The position numbers and the translations under genes were made by a program. DNA of 64,000 nucleotides from Octopus sinensis (taxonomy: Eukaryota), in NCBI RefSeq assembly GCF_006345805.1, contig NC_043002.1, forward strand, positions 96,472,001 through 96,536,000, given 5' to 3'. The notes beneath the pieces were generated by a model. The model made no database searches. It was not told the origin of the DNA and saw only the letters and a program-made list of their open reading frames with translations. Within the stretch, counting starts at the first letter, position 1; each line of letters opens with the position of its first letter. This document shows positions 1-11,615 of the stretch, one piece after another.

Positions 1-3000
1 ATACATACACAGCAGATTTCTTTTAGTTTCTATCAATAAAATTCAATCACAAAGCACTGGTCAATCTGGTGCTATAATAGAAGACACTTGCCCAAAGTTC
101 CACACAATGGAACTGAACCCAAAATTATGTGGTTGGCAAGCAAACTTCTTACTGAAGCAGATCTTCTCAGTAACAATATGCCAACAACACAAGAATATAC
201 TATTATTCTTCAATCAGGGTGTAACTGTTTCAGTAAATGGTCTATAATATTTCTTAACATCTAATTATAAGTTATAAATATTTCCTTAGAGTAAAGTATT
301 CATATTGCTAACTGCAAAGCACAAAATTCGTCCCTTTTTTTTTGTGTATTATACCATTCATTATAGACAAGTTTGTCATTTTTATGTTAAGTTGTCACAG
401 AGAAGATATTGAAGAGGAAGAAATTCACTTTAAATTTTAAACCATCATTTGAAATGCAAGAGTAAACAAGAGATTCAGATGCAAACCTTTAAAACAAAGG
501 TCAATTTTCACAGATTAACATGACAGGATGATATTTACATTAAGTCAAACCGTCCAACCCATGCCAGCATGGAAAGTAGATGTTAAATGATGATGATGAT
601 ATACACATATACAATGAGCTTCTTTGGGTTTCTGTCTACTGAATACACTTACAAGGCTTTGGTTGACCCAGGGCTATAGTAGAAGACACTTGCATAAAAT
701 GTCACACAGTGGGACTGAACCTGAAACCACATAGTTGCAAAGCAAGCTTCAAGACCACACAGCTAAGCCTGCGCTGCCTCAGCCAGAAAACTATGCCCAT
801 ACCTTCTTGTAATATATTTTACTTTTGCAACAAATCATAAGAAAACCTTAAAAGCAACTTTCTAAACAACTAAATTGTAAGTTTAGTTTTAAGAACTACT
901 AGGATAGCTTTTATTTTTTCCTACTATGAAACAAACCGTATGTAGAAATGATGGTATCATTTGTAATTAATCCCAAACAGTTCAGAATCATTTCTGAATA
1001 TCAATTTGGCCTTTACAAATAGATGATGCAACAATTATTCATCAACAGAACAGCAAATAATAAAACATCTGTTAAAATATTACTGTACAGGAAATTCAAT
1101 AAAATATTTTCCAACATTACAATTTGCATATTTATCTCCCTTATTCAACTGCATACCATTTAAGTCTAAGTTCTATATTGCAACTTAGCACAATTCCATG
1201 TCCATCTCTCATTGATAAAATAGCACCATGTTTTCATACATATCCTGCATGCAAGTTTATTTCCAACTTGAACTAAACTGTCTACTGAAATCCAAGATAT
1301 ACATGTTTTCACCCAACATAGATTAGCAGCAAAGATTAAAACCTTTTTGTCCTTATTGATTACTAATAGTAAGTTGTATCCGTTCTTTAAATCACCTGCA
1401 CTATTATCAGCTTGGCTAGCATTGCCAATTGTCTCTGCTGTAGGAAATGTTTCAACAGGATGTATAAAATATCAATTCATGCATAGACAAAGTGTACCAG
1501 CCAGGCATACAGGTGAAGATTCAAACATCAAATATCAGAACGGTTATGTCTTTTAGTTCTATTGCTCTTAACAACAATGGAACTTAATTATGAGAAATGG
1601 TAACATTTTGAGTTTAAAGCTCAGAAAATGTGACCAGCATGGCTGCACTGTTTAATTTCAAACAATCACTGGAAGGTTATAAAGCTTGATCTAAATGGAC
1701 TATTTTGGCTAATTGTCACAGCTAAAGACATTAAGATTTCAATAGGCACTGTGACAACACTATCAGTAATTTCAGTGGGAGAACCGACTCACATAAGGTG
1801 TTCTCTCTCTGATGAGTTCATATCTTATTCAGTTAAATTCTTCTGTGCTCCGTCAATTTCATAAAGTCATGTTTCTAATTTGTATATAGAACTTAAAATG
1901 AGTGATTACCAAAATATTCAAGAAGTAATGAATCCTAGAAAAGCAAAAAGAATGAATTTAACTATGCATGACAGTGACAGAGAAAGAGAGAGAGAGAGAG
2001 AAACTCAATCAGGTGTGGTATGTACTTTATGCAATAATTTATCATTTTCTTTTGAACGCACAAATAAAAATGATACCAAGCAACACAAGATCTTGGAGGG
2101 TTTATAAGCCATGAGCATAGCCTTGAGACCAAACCAGTTAAACCAATAAATACTCATGTTTCTGTTATGAGAATATCAGTACCAACATGTGAAATATTAT
2201 TTCTCATAGCAAAATATACTTTCTTTTGCTACATACAGTAATGTACTCACATAGGTATTTCTTGAGGGATTGCACCTCCCTAGTATTTTAGAACTTATTT
2301 CTAAGCGCAAATGTTGCTTCTAGAGCAGCAAAAGTTCTAATGAATATATTTGGACTATAATCAAAATAGATCATTTTAAAAAATCTTGAAGATGCATTTA
2401 AATAAGGAAACAAAAACGTCTCCATTATTACTACATTGTTTTACCAATATATCTGGAAGATGCTCTCATTTTAATTCACTTGAAAGTGCGCAATCTGTGG
2501 ATATTGCCAAATTCTACAAAACACTGCTAAAAAGGTAAGCAATATATCTGATTTCCAATTTTCACACAATTTCTGGGGAGAGGGTAAATTCATTACATGG
2601 GATCCAGTGTTTAACTGGTACTAATTTTATCAGCACCCAAAAGGATGAAAAAGCAAAGTTGACCTTGGTGGAATCTGAATTCAGAATATGGGGATGGACA
2701 TAATGTTGATAAGCTGTTTTGCTCAGCATGCTAACAATTCTGCCAGCTTGCCACCTTACGGTAAGCAATACATTGATAATCAACATTGAATTTGTTGTTA
2801 TAAAGACCTACAATGAACTTACTTTATAAATAAAGAATTCTGCCCAATAAAAATACTCCATTTTTTTCACTAAATGAAAACAGAATATGGCAAAATACTA
2901 AGTCACCTGTCAACTCACTGAATCAACTTAGCTACAATACTGTCAGCTTTGGATTTCCAACATTATATTTTTAATAGTAAAATAATGAATGTTATGTAGC

Positions 3001-3099
3001 TCATAAAATATGACTTTTAAAAAGTCAAGTTTAAATTGGGATTCTGTAAAAATGCTTAGATTCTGGAGTATAGCTCCATATGCTACTGCAGGAAATTCA

Positions 3100-3418
3100 T
3101 AGCATTGTGGTTATTGCTCGTGCCTTCTCGAGCCATGCCCGGCTCATAAGGGCTGGTTTCCCAGTTTCATTGGCATATAGGTTCCCCACTTGGATGGGAT
3201 GCCGGTCCATCGCAGGTGGACTGCTTGATGCAGGAGGAAAGAGTGAGAGGAAGTTGTGGCGAAAGAGTCAGCAGAAGTTTGCCATTACCTTCTACCGGAG
3301 CTGCATGGAGCTTAGGTGTTTCACTCAAAAATGCACATATCACCCGGTTTGAGATTTGAACCCACGATGCCTCAACCGCAAGTTCGTTGCTCTAACCACA
3401 AGGCCATGTGCCTCCACA
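3100..3418 (-). mobile_element. tRNA-derived SINE family C (other copies ~12185-12400 and ~12936-13240 on +)
   Basis: Head GTGGAGGCACATGGCCTTGTGGTTAGAGC...GGGTTCAAATC; 3' region GCGATGGACCGGCATCCCATCCAAGTGGGG. Confidence 0.75.
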
Positions 3419-4503
3419 ATTCACAGTACTAGAGGTATATATTCTTTTTGAGGAACTCTTTGCACACTGTTTTAGTTATTCATTCACACACAACTTACAA
3501 CAATTACAAATTTCTGTGTCCACATTGATTCCGAAGATTCAGTAACCATGGTCTTAGTGCTACAATATGAAGAGTAGTGAATGTTAACATTTCATGTAGT
3601 GCTGTTTATATATTACCAGCTCTACATACTAAAAGAGATGATAGTTTAGGCCATTATAAATCATAAAATCCAATACTAGAAAAGGGAATTCTATTAAAAA
3701 CTAGACTTTAAGATAACCATCATTTTCAAGCAGCTTGGAACCAATTTATAACAAGCAGTTACGATCTTGAGCATAGTAAATTTACATGACAAAAGCATTG
3801 TCATGGAAATTGCAGTGTTTTGAATTTGAAAATAATTATTAGAGAAATTCTTTGTACAAAAACGTTTCCCAGTCAAAATATATATTCAATTTAATTTAAA
3901 AATATCCAACACCAAGTAAACTCGTTTAAACAATTTGAATAATTTACTGTAACATTTACAGCTTTAGAGTAAAGATGTGAAATATTCTTGTGACACACTG
4001 GTAGATTCGTTAGAGCAACAGAGAGAATACCTTGTGGTATTTGTTCTGACATTCAGTGCTCTGAGTTCAAATCCTGTCAGGATCAACTTTGCCATTCATT
4101 CTTTCAGAGTCAACAAAACAAGTACCAATCCGGGGCTGTGGACTGGCAGAATTGTAAGGACATTAGATCAGAGGCCTGGTGGAATTTGTTACATCCCATT
4201 GCATTCTAGCTTTAAATCTCACCTTCACCTAGATAAGTAATATACATAATCCATCACTCAGTTTAACACCATCGCCCGCCACCTTGGGTGCCTTTAGTGG
4301 CATCTTCTGATGCAAGCATTTAAACTAGGCCTCTAGTTCAAGAATACCACCTTCTCTCCCACTTTCCCTCAAGTCTTGGAGGCTCTGTGAGGGGTCATGG
4401 GTACTGTATTACTTCTTGTCTAAAAGATAAAAATAACAACAGCAATCATATTTATTCAAACACTAATTTTTTTTAAAAAATGTAATAATTGATGCTACTC
4501 TAC

Positions 4504-4688
4504 CATCAAAATGGAAAAAATGGTTGGTTGTCTGCTGATTAGCTCCAGGTGGTTGTGGAGGGTTATTTTCAGGAGTTTCTTCAGTTTCAGGCCGGTTGCT
4601 ATTTGTCTCGTTGTTGGATCGATTATTTAACATAGTTCTACAGGTTGGACAAGATGTATCCTGTTCTAACCAAGATCTCAAGCAAGAA
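4504..4688 (-). CDS. AMFR: AMFR exon (185 nt, SCLRSWLEQDTSCPTCR...NHFFHFD-G), RING-H2 C-half and linker
   Basis: SCLRSWLEQDTSCPTCR and NHFFHFDG are AMFR hallmark motifs. Acceptor cattacag, donor gtagag. Last exon found in the window. Confidence 0.96.
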
Positions 4689-5026
4689 CTGTAATGATAA
4701 TAATAATAAACAGGGACATCAAAAGATTGCTTGCTGAGACAAATAAGAGAATACAAAGATGAAAATGAAAAACATTAAACTTTTTGTCTGATCTTTAACT
4801 ACTCAGCAATAAATTATAACAAGGGAAGTTATATTTGCTAACACAAAAAGTGCAGACGGCTATGTGGATATGGAATTTGCTTCGTTATCACATAGTCTCA
4901 AGTTCAATCAGACTGTCTGGCGCATGGGGTAAGTGTCTTCTATGAATGTTAATGAAGGTTAACAAAATTTTATCAGTAGATCTGATGAATAGAAAGTGTA
5001 TGGAGGCCTGCTGCATATATGTGTAT

Positions 5027-5454
5027 CTTGGCAATCCCTCAAGGTCAAGGATGATGGTCTTCACGCAAATTTACTGGTGAGTCCGTAGGTGACCGATAAG
5101 ACCAATTTTTGCTTGAAAAGATCGGTCGTAGTGTGGACATCTAGTGCCGGAAAGAGAGTCGCACGTGGTTGTTGTTGGCGCTCCTTCCGTCATCGTCATT
5201 TCTCCTCCAGCTCTGCAGACCACATGGTTAGAATGACTGACGAACAACTTCCCAAACAGATCTTCTACTCCCAACTCAAAGACGGCAAGCGTACAAAAGG
5301 AGGCCAGAAGAAACGCTACAAGGACTCCCTGAAAACGAACCTCAAAAAGTGTGACATCGACTTCACTAACTGGGAGGAAACGGCAAAAAACAGACCACTC
5401 TGGAAAACCACCATCCATGAGGGAACGGCGACTTTCGAGTCGAAAAGGTCTGCA
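5027..5454 (-). mobile_element. 5'-truncated, 5'-inverted RTE (BovB-like) LINE with target-site duplication
   Basis: The 3' part (5027-~5215, minus) encodes the ...CPHYDRSFQAKIGLIGHLRTHQ zinc finger and 3' UTR. The upstream part (~5213-5454) lies on plus (HMVRMTDEQLPKQIFYSQL...ESKRSA). ATATGTGTAT occurs at 5017-5026 and 5454-5463. Confidence 0.85.
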
Positions 5455-5949
5455 TATGTGTATATAAGAGTGTGTATAGGAATGTTTACATTCTGCATTG
5501 TCATGATGATGATGCAGATGTAGATGCAGAATGTCAGTTTTCCATACTGGCATGGATTGGACAGCTTGACAGGAACTGAAAGGCCAGTGGCCACACCAGG
5601 TTCCAACAAGTAAATGTTGGGTTAAAAATGGTAACATTTATTGACATACCCTGCAACAAAATTGTTTTCCAACTCTGCTCTTTCAATAACGATTGCAATA
5701 AGAAATCCCTTACTTGAAAACAGATATGGGTGAGCAACAAGAAAGGCACTTGGCTGTTAAATAATACCTGAATAATTAGTTCATCCACCTCATACTTGCA
5801 TCACTGGATATGACAAACAACCCAGGACAAAATGTTTGGCCTAAAGTGGTCATTGTTAGTACATGTTTGGTGTGTACTTGTGTCCCAAAGGGACCCAGAC
5901 ATTCTGGGAAAAAAAACTACCTCCAAATTTGGCACTCTTTTTTTTTAAT

Positions 5950-6151
5950 TCTTTTTTACTGGTTTCAGTCATTTGACTGTGGCCATGCTGGAGCACTACC
6001 TTTAGTCGAGCAAATCGACCCCAGGACTTATTCTTTGTAAGCCTAATACTTATTCTATCAGTCTCTTTTGCTGAACTGCTAAGTTACGGAGACGTAAACA
6101 CACCAGCATCGGTTGTCAAGCGATGTTGGGGAGACAAACACAGACACACAA

Positions 6152-6186
<35 letters not shown>

Positions 6187-6350
6187 CACATATACGACAG
6201 GCTTCTTTCAGTTTCCGTCTACCAAATCCACTCACAAGGCTTTGGTCGGCCCGAGGCTATAGTAGAAGACACTTGCCCAAGGTGCCACGTAGTGGGACTG
6301 AACCCGGAACCATGTGGTTGGTAAGCAAGCTACTTACCACACAGCCACTC
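5950..6350 (-). mobile_element. tRNA-derived SINE family A (CORE-like domain, internal TA/TG microsatellite)
   Basis: Head GAGTGGCTGTGTGGTAAG...GGTTCAGTCCC (A/B boxes), CCTTGGGCAAGTGTCTT. Further full or partial copies at ~20-150, 600-770, 22030-22400, 31300-31720, 36765-36985, 37555-37810, 39730-40095, 46845-47225, 51095-51415, 51890-52280, 56540-56850. Confidence 0.85.
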
Positions 6351-6761
6351 TTATAGCAATATTAGGGTAAGGGTGTCAGTTAATTACACTGATGCCCAGT
6401 AATTGATTGGTATTTTATCTTATTGACCTCGAAAGGATGAAAGGCAAAGCTGACCTCTACAGGATTTGAACTCAAAATATAAAGAGCTGGTAGAAATGCT
6501 GCTAATCATTTTGTCTGGCATGCTAATGATTCTGCCAACTTGCCACTTTATTCTTGTGTGTGTGTGTGTGTGTATGTGTTTGGGGGGGGGGGGCAGGTAA
6601 TTATACATTAATGTCTGATCTAAAAGCAAATTTTTCATGCCTGCTTAATGAACGCACAATTTAAATAGAAGCTTGTGGTTTGTGAAATGAATAAACTATT
6701 TGACTTTCTAAAATAAAAGATTCATTCACATGACCAAACATGATAAACATAATAAACTTAC

Positions 6762-6872
6762 TGGTGGAAAAGATGGCCACAAGGCAATTTGCGAGCATTT
6801 TCCATTTTTTCCCAACAGATAGCACAGTCATCATTGCAATTTTCCAGATCACTGGCACTTGCCATTGGAAAT
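6762..6872 (-). CDS. AMFR: AMFR exon (111 nt, FPMASASDLENCNDDCAICWEKMENARKLPCGHLFH), RING-H2 N-half
   Basis: Contains CAIC...CGHLFH RING-H2 ligands. Acceptor tttttatag, donor gtaagt, phase 2/2. Confidence 0.96.
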
Positions 6873-7127
6873 CTATAAAAATATAAAATGGAATAAATAA
6901 AAATAAAATTTCAATCTTTGATGCATATTTCACATCAGAATTTAAATAGAGCAAAATAAATCAACTAAATTATGAAAAACAGAATCTGTCCTAAATTTTA
7001 AAAACTGAACCACACCTACAAATAGATTTGTTTGGTTATAAATCTAATTACAATTCAAAAACAGGAAAATGCATTTATGCTTGATAATGAGATTAATTGA
7101 TTTACAACTTAACAAGAGTACACTGAC

Positions 7128-7261
7128 CTTGCTTCCATGTTGCGTACCACTTTGATGTAGTTTTTGTGTCGCTTGATCCTTCTCTGGAACTCATGGAACA
7201 AGTAACGCAATTGCATGAAAATCACCAAACTAGCCATACTAAGGAAAATCTTACCATAGAG
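7128..7261 (-). CDS. AMFR: AMFR exon (134 nt, LYGKIFLSMASLVIFMQLRYLFHEFQRRIKRHKNYIKVVRNMEA-R)
   Basis: Near-identical to human LFGNIWLSMASLVIFMQLRYLFHEVQRRIRRHKNYLRVVGNMEAR. Acceptor ctctccag, donor gtcagt. Confidence 0.97.
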
Positions 7262-7379
7262 CTGGAGAGAATAGCAAAATAATGTTAACTTACTATTGAA
7301 GTTATAGTAATAGTATGTGCAAAATAACAGCATCTGTGCATGTATGTGTATGTGTTGGCATGTAATATATATATATAGT

Positions 7380-7545
7380 TCAAATTTATAGAAAAACAAA
7401 GATGAAGATAGGTGTATGAACAACAAGCAAGTGTATTAGTTTGACACTTGGGAAAAGTGGAAAAGTCTTTTATGTTTTGAGCCTATGCTCTTTGACAGGA
7501 AGAAATAAGAGGAAATAAATAGAGAGAAAATGAAAAAAAAATGTG
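7380..7545 (-). mobile_element. Degenerate short hammerhead-like repeat family copy (motif at 7467-7501)
   Basis: CTGTCAA A GAGC ATAG GCTC AAAAC AT AAAAG. Same flanks as the 46.4- and 57.8-kb copies; adjacent (TA)n. Confidence 0.5.
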
Positions 7546-7573
7546 TGGAGTTCAATGGTCCAACATGGCAAAT

Positions 7574-7577
7574 GATA

Positions 7578-7616
<39 letters not shown>
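7574..7616. repeat. (TA)n microsatellite, representative of many (e.g. 9321-9349, 19752-19785, 23790-23805, 25738-25767, 39373-39420, 47248-47268, 62455-62503); (GT)n, (AG)n and (GAT)n tracts are also common
   Basis: Direct inspection. Confidence 0.95.
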
Positions 7617-7619
<3 letters not shown>

Positions 7620-7702
7620 GGTCCCGGGTTGATCCGGGGTTAACCACAGTAAGTAAGGTACTCAATACATAGCAGAGTAAAATTAATTTATTATATAGAG
7701 GG

Positions 7703-7752
7703 AGCTTCTACAGGACTAGTACTGTTCATTCAAGAGAAATCTTCAGGAAGCT
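7703..7752 (-). ncRNA. Hammerhead motif with GAAA reduced to GAA (probably inactive)
   Basis: Reverse complement of 9255-9305, but reads ...GAAT-GAAC-AG... instead of ...GAAT-GAAAC-AG... Confidence 0.6.
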
Positions 7753-8062
7753 ATTTAACAAGAATTGTATTAGCATTTATACATTTAGGCAGGTTTAAAG
7801 GAGAGGTGGTGGGGGACTTTTTTGGGGGTAGGCATAGCGCAAAATATCATACTTGGGGGAGTGGTCAAGGAGTCAGTGGTAAGTTAGATGAAAGAATAGA
7901 TAAATAAAAAAATAAAAATAAAAAAATAAAAAAATAAAAAAATAAAATAAAAAAATAAAATGTGTGCACATACATACATAAACACATATACATACACACA
8001 CACATACGTACACATGTGTGCCTATACATACCTACACATACACACATACACATACATATATA

Positions 8063-8093
<31 letters not shown>

Positions 8094-8136
8094 TATATAT
8101 ATATATATACACATATATATATATATACATATACAC

Positions 8137-8192
<56 letters not shown>

Positions 8193-8861
8193 CACAATCC
8201 AATACAGGCCCATTCCCTAATTTTAATTTTATTATCTTCATTTATTACTTTTGTTATCTTTGATCGCTAGAGCTAAGGATCCTGGCGATGGCAGCATGTC
8301 CAAATTGTCTGTCTACTAGAAGGCAAGTACTCGTTCCTGCACGCACACTCATTAGCACGTACATACACCCATTCGTACACTCATACACATACACGTACGC
8401 ACGCGTTATATTCATACATACAAACATCTACATACGTTCACGTATATACACATACGTACTCGTACCTACAGATTCATGTCTACACTTTAGGAGGCTAGTC
8501 TATATATATGTATATATGTGTATATATATGTATATTTATTGGTGTATAATATAGACTAGCCTCCTAAAGTGTAGACATGAATCTGTAGGTACGAGTACGT
8601 ATGTGTATATACGTGAACGTATGTAGATGTTTGTATGTATGAATATAACGCGTGCGTACGTGTATGTGTATGAGTGTACGAATGGGTGTATGTACGTGCT
8701 AATGAGTGTGCGTGCGAGAACGAGTACTTGCCTTCTAGTAGACAGACAATTTGGACATGCTGCCATCGCCAGGATCCTTAGCTCTAGCGATCAAAGATAA
8801 CAAAAGTAATAAATGAAGATAATAAAATTAAAATTAGGGAATGGGCCTGTATTGGATTGTG

Positions 8862-8892
<31 letters not shown>

Positions 8893-9254
8893 GTGTATAT
8901 ATATATATATATATGTGTATATATATATATATTATATATATATATATATTATATATGTATGTGTATGTGTGTATGTGTAGGTATGTATAGGCACACATGT
9001 GTACGTATGTGTGTGTGTATGTATATGTGTTTATGTATGTATGTGCACACATTTTATTTTTTTATTTTATTTTATTTTTTATTTTTTATTTTTTATTTTT
9101 TATTTATCTATTCTTTCATCTAACTTACCACTGACTCCTTGACCACTCCCCCAAGTATGATATTTTGCGCTATGCCTACCCCCAAAAAAGTCCCCCACCA
9201 CCTCTCCTTTAAACCTGCCTAAATGTATAAATGCTAATACAATTCTTGTTAAAT

Positions 9255-9305
9255 AGCTTCCTGAAGATTTCTCTTGAATGAAACAGTACTAGTCCTGTAG
9301 AAGCT
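9255..9305 (+). ncRNA. Type I hammerhead ribozyme motif, intact core
   Basis: Stem I AGCTTC/GAAGCT; core CTGAAGA; stem II T-TTC-TCTT-GAA-T; GAAA; stem III ACAG/CTGT with loop TACTAGTC; GUA cleavage site after 9299. Caveat: U.U at the base of stem II. Confidence 0.75.
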
Positions 9306-9316
9306 CCTTCTATATA

Positions 9317-9349
<33 letters not shown>

Positions 9350-9780
9350 CTAGCAGAGATACCGGGCATTGGTCGTGTCATATGGAATTGAAAAATTAAC
9401 TTTTCTTTTATATTTTCTCTAATGAACTGGAATATTTATGATCCAAATTTCATCAAAATTGGAGATTAAGAATTTTAATGAGGGTTCTTTCTGTCATTAC
9501 ACACCCCAACAAAAATTCTAATCATGATATATTTATCCCATACTACTCATCTTTATGACCAGGTTCCAAAACCCAAATCTTATAAAAACCTATTCAAAGG
9601 TTTTTACTCCTAAAAAATGGAGCACATGGAGCTCTAAAATGTGGGAGTTAAGGCTCCTACTAGGGGATAGGGTCTTAAAGTCAACCAGAGAAGTTGAATT
9701 GTTGGGAATCTTTTTTTAACTTGTGTCATATCTATTGTTCAAATTTCTTTGAAATCGAAAATATATGAACGTTTACTGGG
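9350..9780 (-). mobile_element. Degenerate Helitron-like fragment (3' end at 9350; 5' limit approximate)
   Basis: CTAG|T in (TA)n with a degenerate hairpin ACCGGGCATTGGTCGTGT; internal CCAAATTTTCATCAAAATTGG motif. Confidence 0.45.
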
Positions 9781-10730
9781 TTTGTAAAAGAGAGCAAAGC
9801 TACCAGAAACCAAAAGAGGAATGATCACAATAAGCAGTCAGCTACCCTACCCTGGTCATTACCAATGTAGGATTCCTCACCATACAGGTGACTGGCACAG
9901 CCGTAAGATGCATTACGGATCTATAGCAATTGGAAAGGCATGACCCAATTCAAACATTAACAACCTTGTGATATGAGGGCTAAGGGGAAATGAAAGTGCC
10001 ACCTCTGGAGTTTGCCAATGATCACTATGCTGATAGGTAACTGAACAGAATAAATTTGCAATCTATTAATCTCTTTGAATGACCACTTGTATCTATTTAA
10101 ATTGAGTTAATTTTTCTACAATTAATCTTGTGAAGATAGTTAATTTGTAAATTAACCATTTTCTGTAGTAAATAACTGTACTGTTATGATAAAAATAAAA
10201 AGTTAGATGACAAGCAGGATAATCAATCATGTGATTTTTAACATCTATTAACAGTTTTAAAAAACGTCATACAAGGAAGTATAAATTACCATAACAATGA
10301 AAAAATTAAATACTTAGTATTAAATTATATTGCAAATATAAACAAATGACTGAAGCCTAACTCAACAGATCAATAAATATAATGTTTCTTATTTACAAAT
10401 AGTTTGATGATGATAGTGTACGAAAAATAAAAAGCTACATGATGGGGTGACTACTAGGAAGTTTGAGCTGTTAAAGGAACCCCCAAAATACTCAATAATG
10501 TATTCAATGTGGGACTACATATTTTTATCAATTTTTTTTTTGTCAGAGCCCTCAGAAGTAGGTGACAGTGAGGAGAGTAGTGAAAACTGTGACTCCTGTA
10601 CATCAAGACACCAAATTATCCTCAAACCTGGTTCAAATACTTGCATAGAAATGGATTCTACTAATGCACCCACCAGGGGCCATGACATGGTGTTAAACTG
10701 AGCAACATATTCTAATCTTAAATCATACGA

Positions 10731-11090
10731 AGGCACGTGGTTTAGTGGTAAAGGTGTTCGGCTCATAAAAATCATTTACAAATATCACAAGATGTAAAGT
10801 TCAATAAAGATGCAAGTTCAATTCCTGGTATTGAGTCCACGAGCAAGATACTTTATTTTTTTATGTTGCCCCAGTCCACTCAGCTAGCAAAGATGAATTG
10901 TATTTGTAATTCTAAGGGCTAGCCCTGACACATTCTGTGTCATGCTCAATCTCCCTGCGAACTACATTAATGGTGTGTGCATTTGTGGAGTGCTCCGCCA
11001 CTTGCATATTAATTTCACAAGCAGACTGTTTTATTGATTGGATCAACTGGAACACTCGTCACCATAACCAATGGGAATACCAGTCATGAT
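10731..11090 (+). mobile_element. tRNA-derived SINE family D (3' part also at ~23020-23215)
   Basis: Head GGCACGTGGTTTAGTGGTAAAGG...AGTTCAATTCC; shared TTAATTTCACAAGCAG...GATTGGATCAACTG segment. Confidence 0.65.
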
Positions 11091-11482
11091 AATATATTCA
11101 AAACAAAAACACAGATTGGTTTGCATTTAAGCATTCAGCTGATTATGCCAGAGGATAGCTCGAGCTGATAGAGGTTATATTTAGCAAATAGAGCCAGTTT
11201 ATTATAGTACAGAATATAGTATTGAATAGAATAAATTTAGAAATCTCATGACCTGAGAAGTATGAAACAAAATATTGTACAAAATCATAACAAGAGAGCA
11301 AAACTTGAGAAAATTCACAAAGTTATATTGTGTAAAGAGAGAGGGATAAAAAGGTGAAGTGGAAGAGTGGATAAGAAGGTATGAGAGGAAAGGAACAAGA
11401 ATAATTCTTGATTTATTTTTTTTTTAACATTCAAACAGTTATGAAAATGTGAAGCAGTGAATAAAAAAAACAGCAATCTTAC

Positions 11483-11615
11483 CAGCATGTGAAAATGGTG
11501 TGCAAATTCAACAATAAGAGCAGCTAACTGGAATATTAGCTCTGAATAGTAGACATAGAGAGATCGCTTTTCCCAGATTCCATCCATGTTCAAGTCCCAC
11601 AAATGAATGGCATAG
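11483..11615 (-). CDS. AMFR: AMFR exon (133 nt, YAIHLWDLNMDGIWEKRSLYVYYSE...HHFHML)
   Basis: Matches human YVIHLWDLNHEGTWEGKGTYVYYTD...HHIHML. Acceptor tttttatag, donor gtaaga. Confidence 0.96.

Larger units (their letters stand above)
7617..9322. mobile_element. Head-to-head inverted pair of non-autonomous Penelope-like (hammerhead-bearing) repeats forming a foldback, flanked by (TA)n on both sides
   Basis: 7686-8505 is the reverse complement of 8549-9322 apart from a few substitutions/indels and microsatellite length. Each arm ends in a hammerhead motif followed by AATAAA. The left arm has an extra tail at 7617-7685. No ORF. The Penelope assignment is inferred from the hammerhead plus inverted-repeat layout. 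Confidence 0.75.

Noticed and set aside
1340-1480. Open minus-strand stretch (PVETFPTAETIGNASQ...) considered as a downstream AMFR exon
   Set aside because: No match to the expected GSRIASWLPSFSVEV or CUE-domain sequence, and no clear splice sites.
6123-6356. Recurrent ORFs such as ...YSRRHLPKVPRSGTEPGTMWL... (also at 39736, 53409)
   Set aside because: Antisense translations of SINE family A, not proteins.
7247-7254. Cryptic donor GTAAGA 7 nt inside the AMFR exon at 7261
   Set aside because: Use would delete conserved coding sequence and shift frame; no evidence of use from sequence alone.
7865-9123. Many Y/I/H/T-rich ORFs, including two mirror-image MAACPNCLSTRR ORFs
   Set aside because: Translations of (TA)n/(CA)n microsatellites and of the inverted duplication; not genes.
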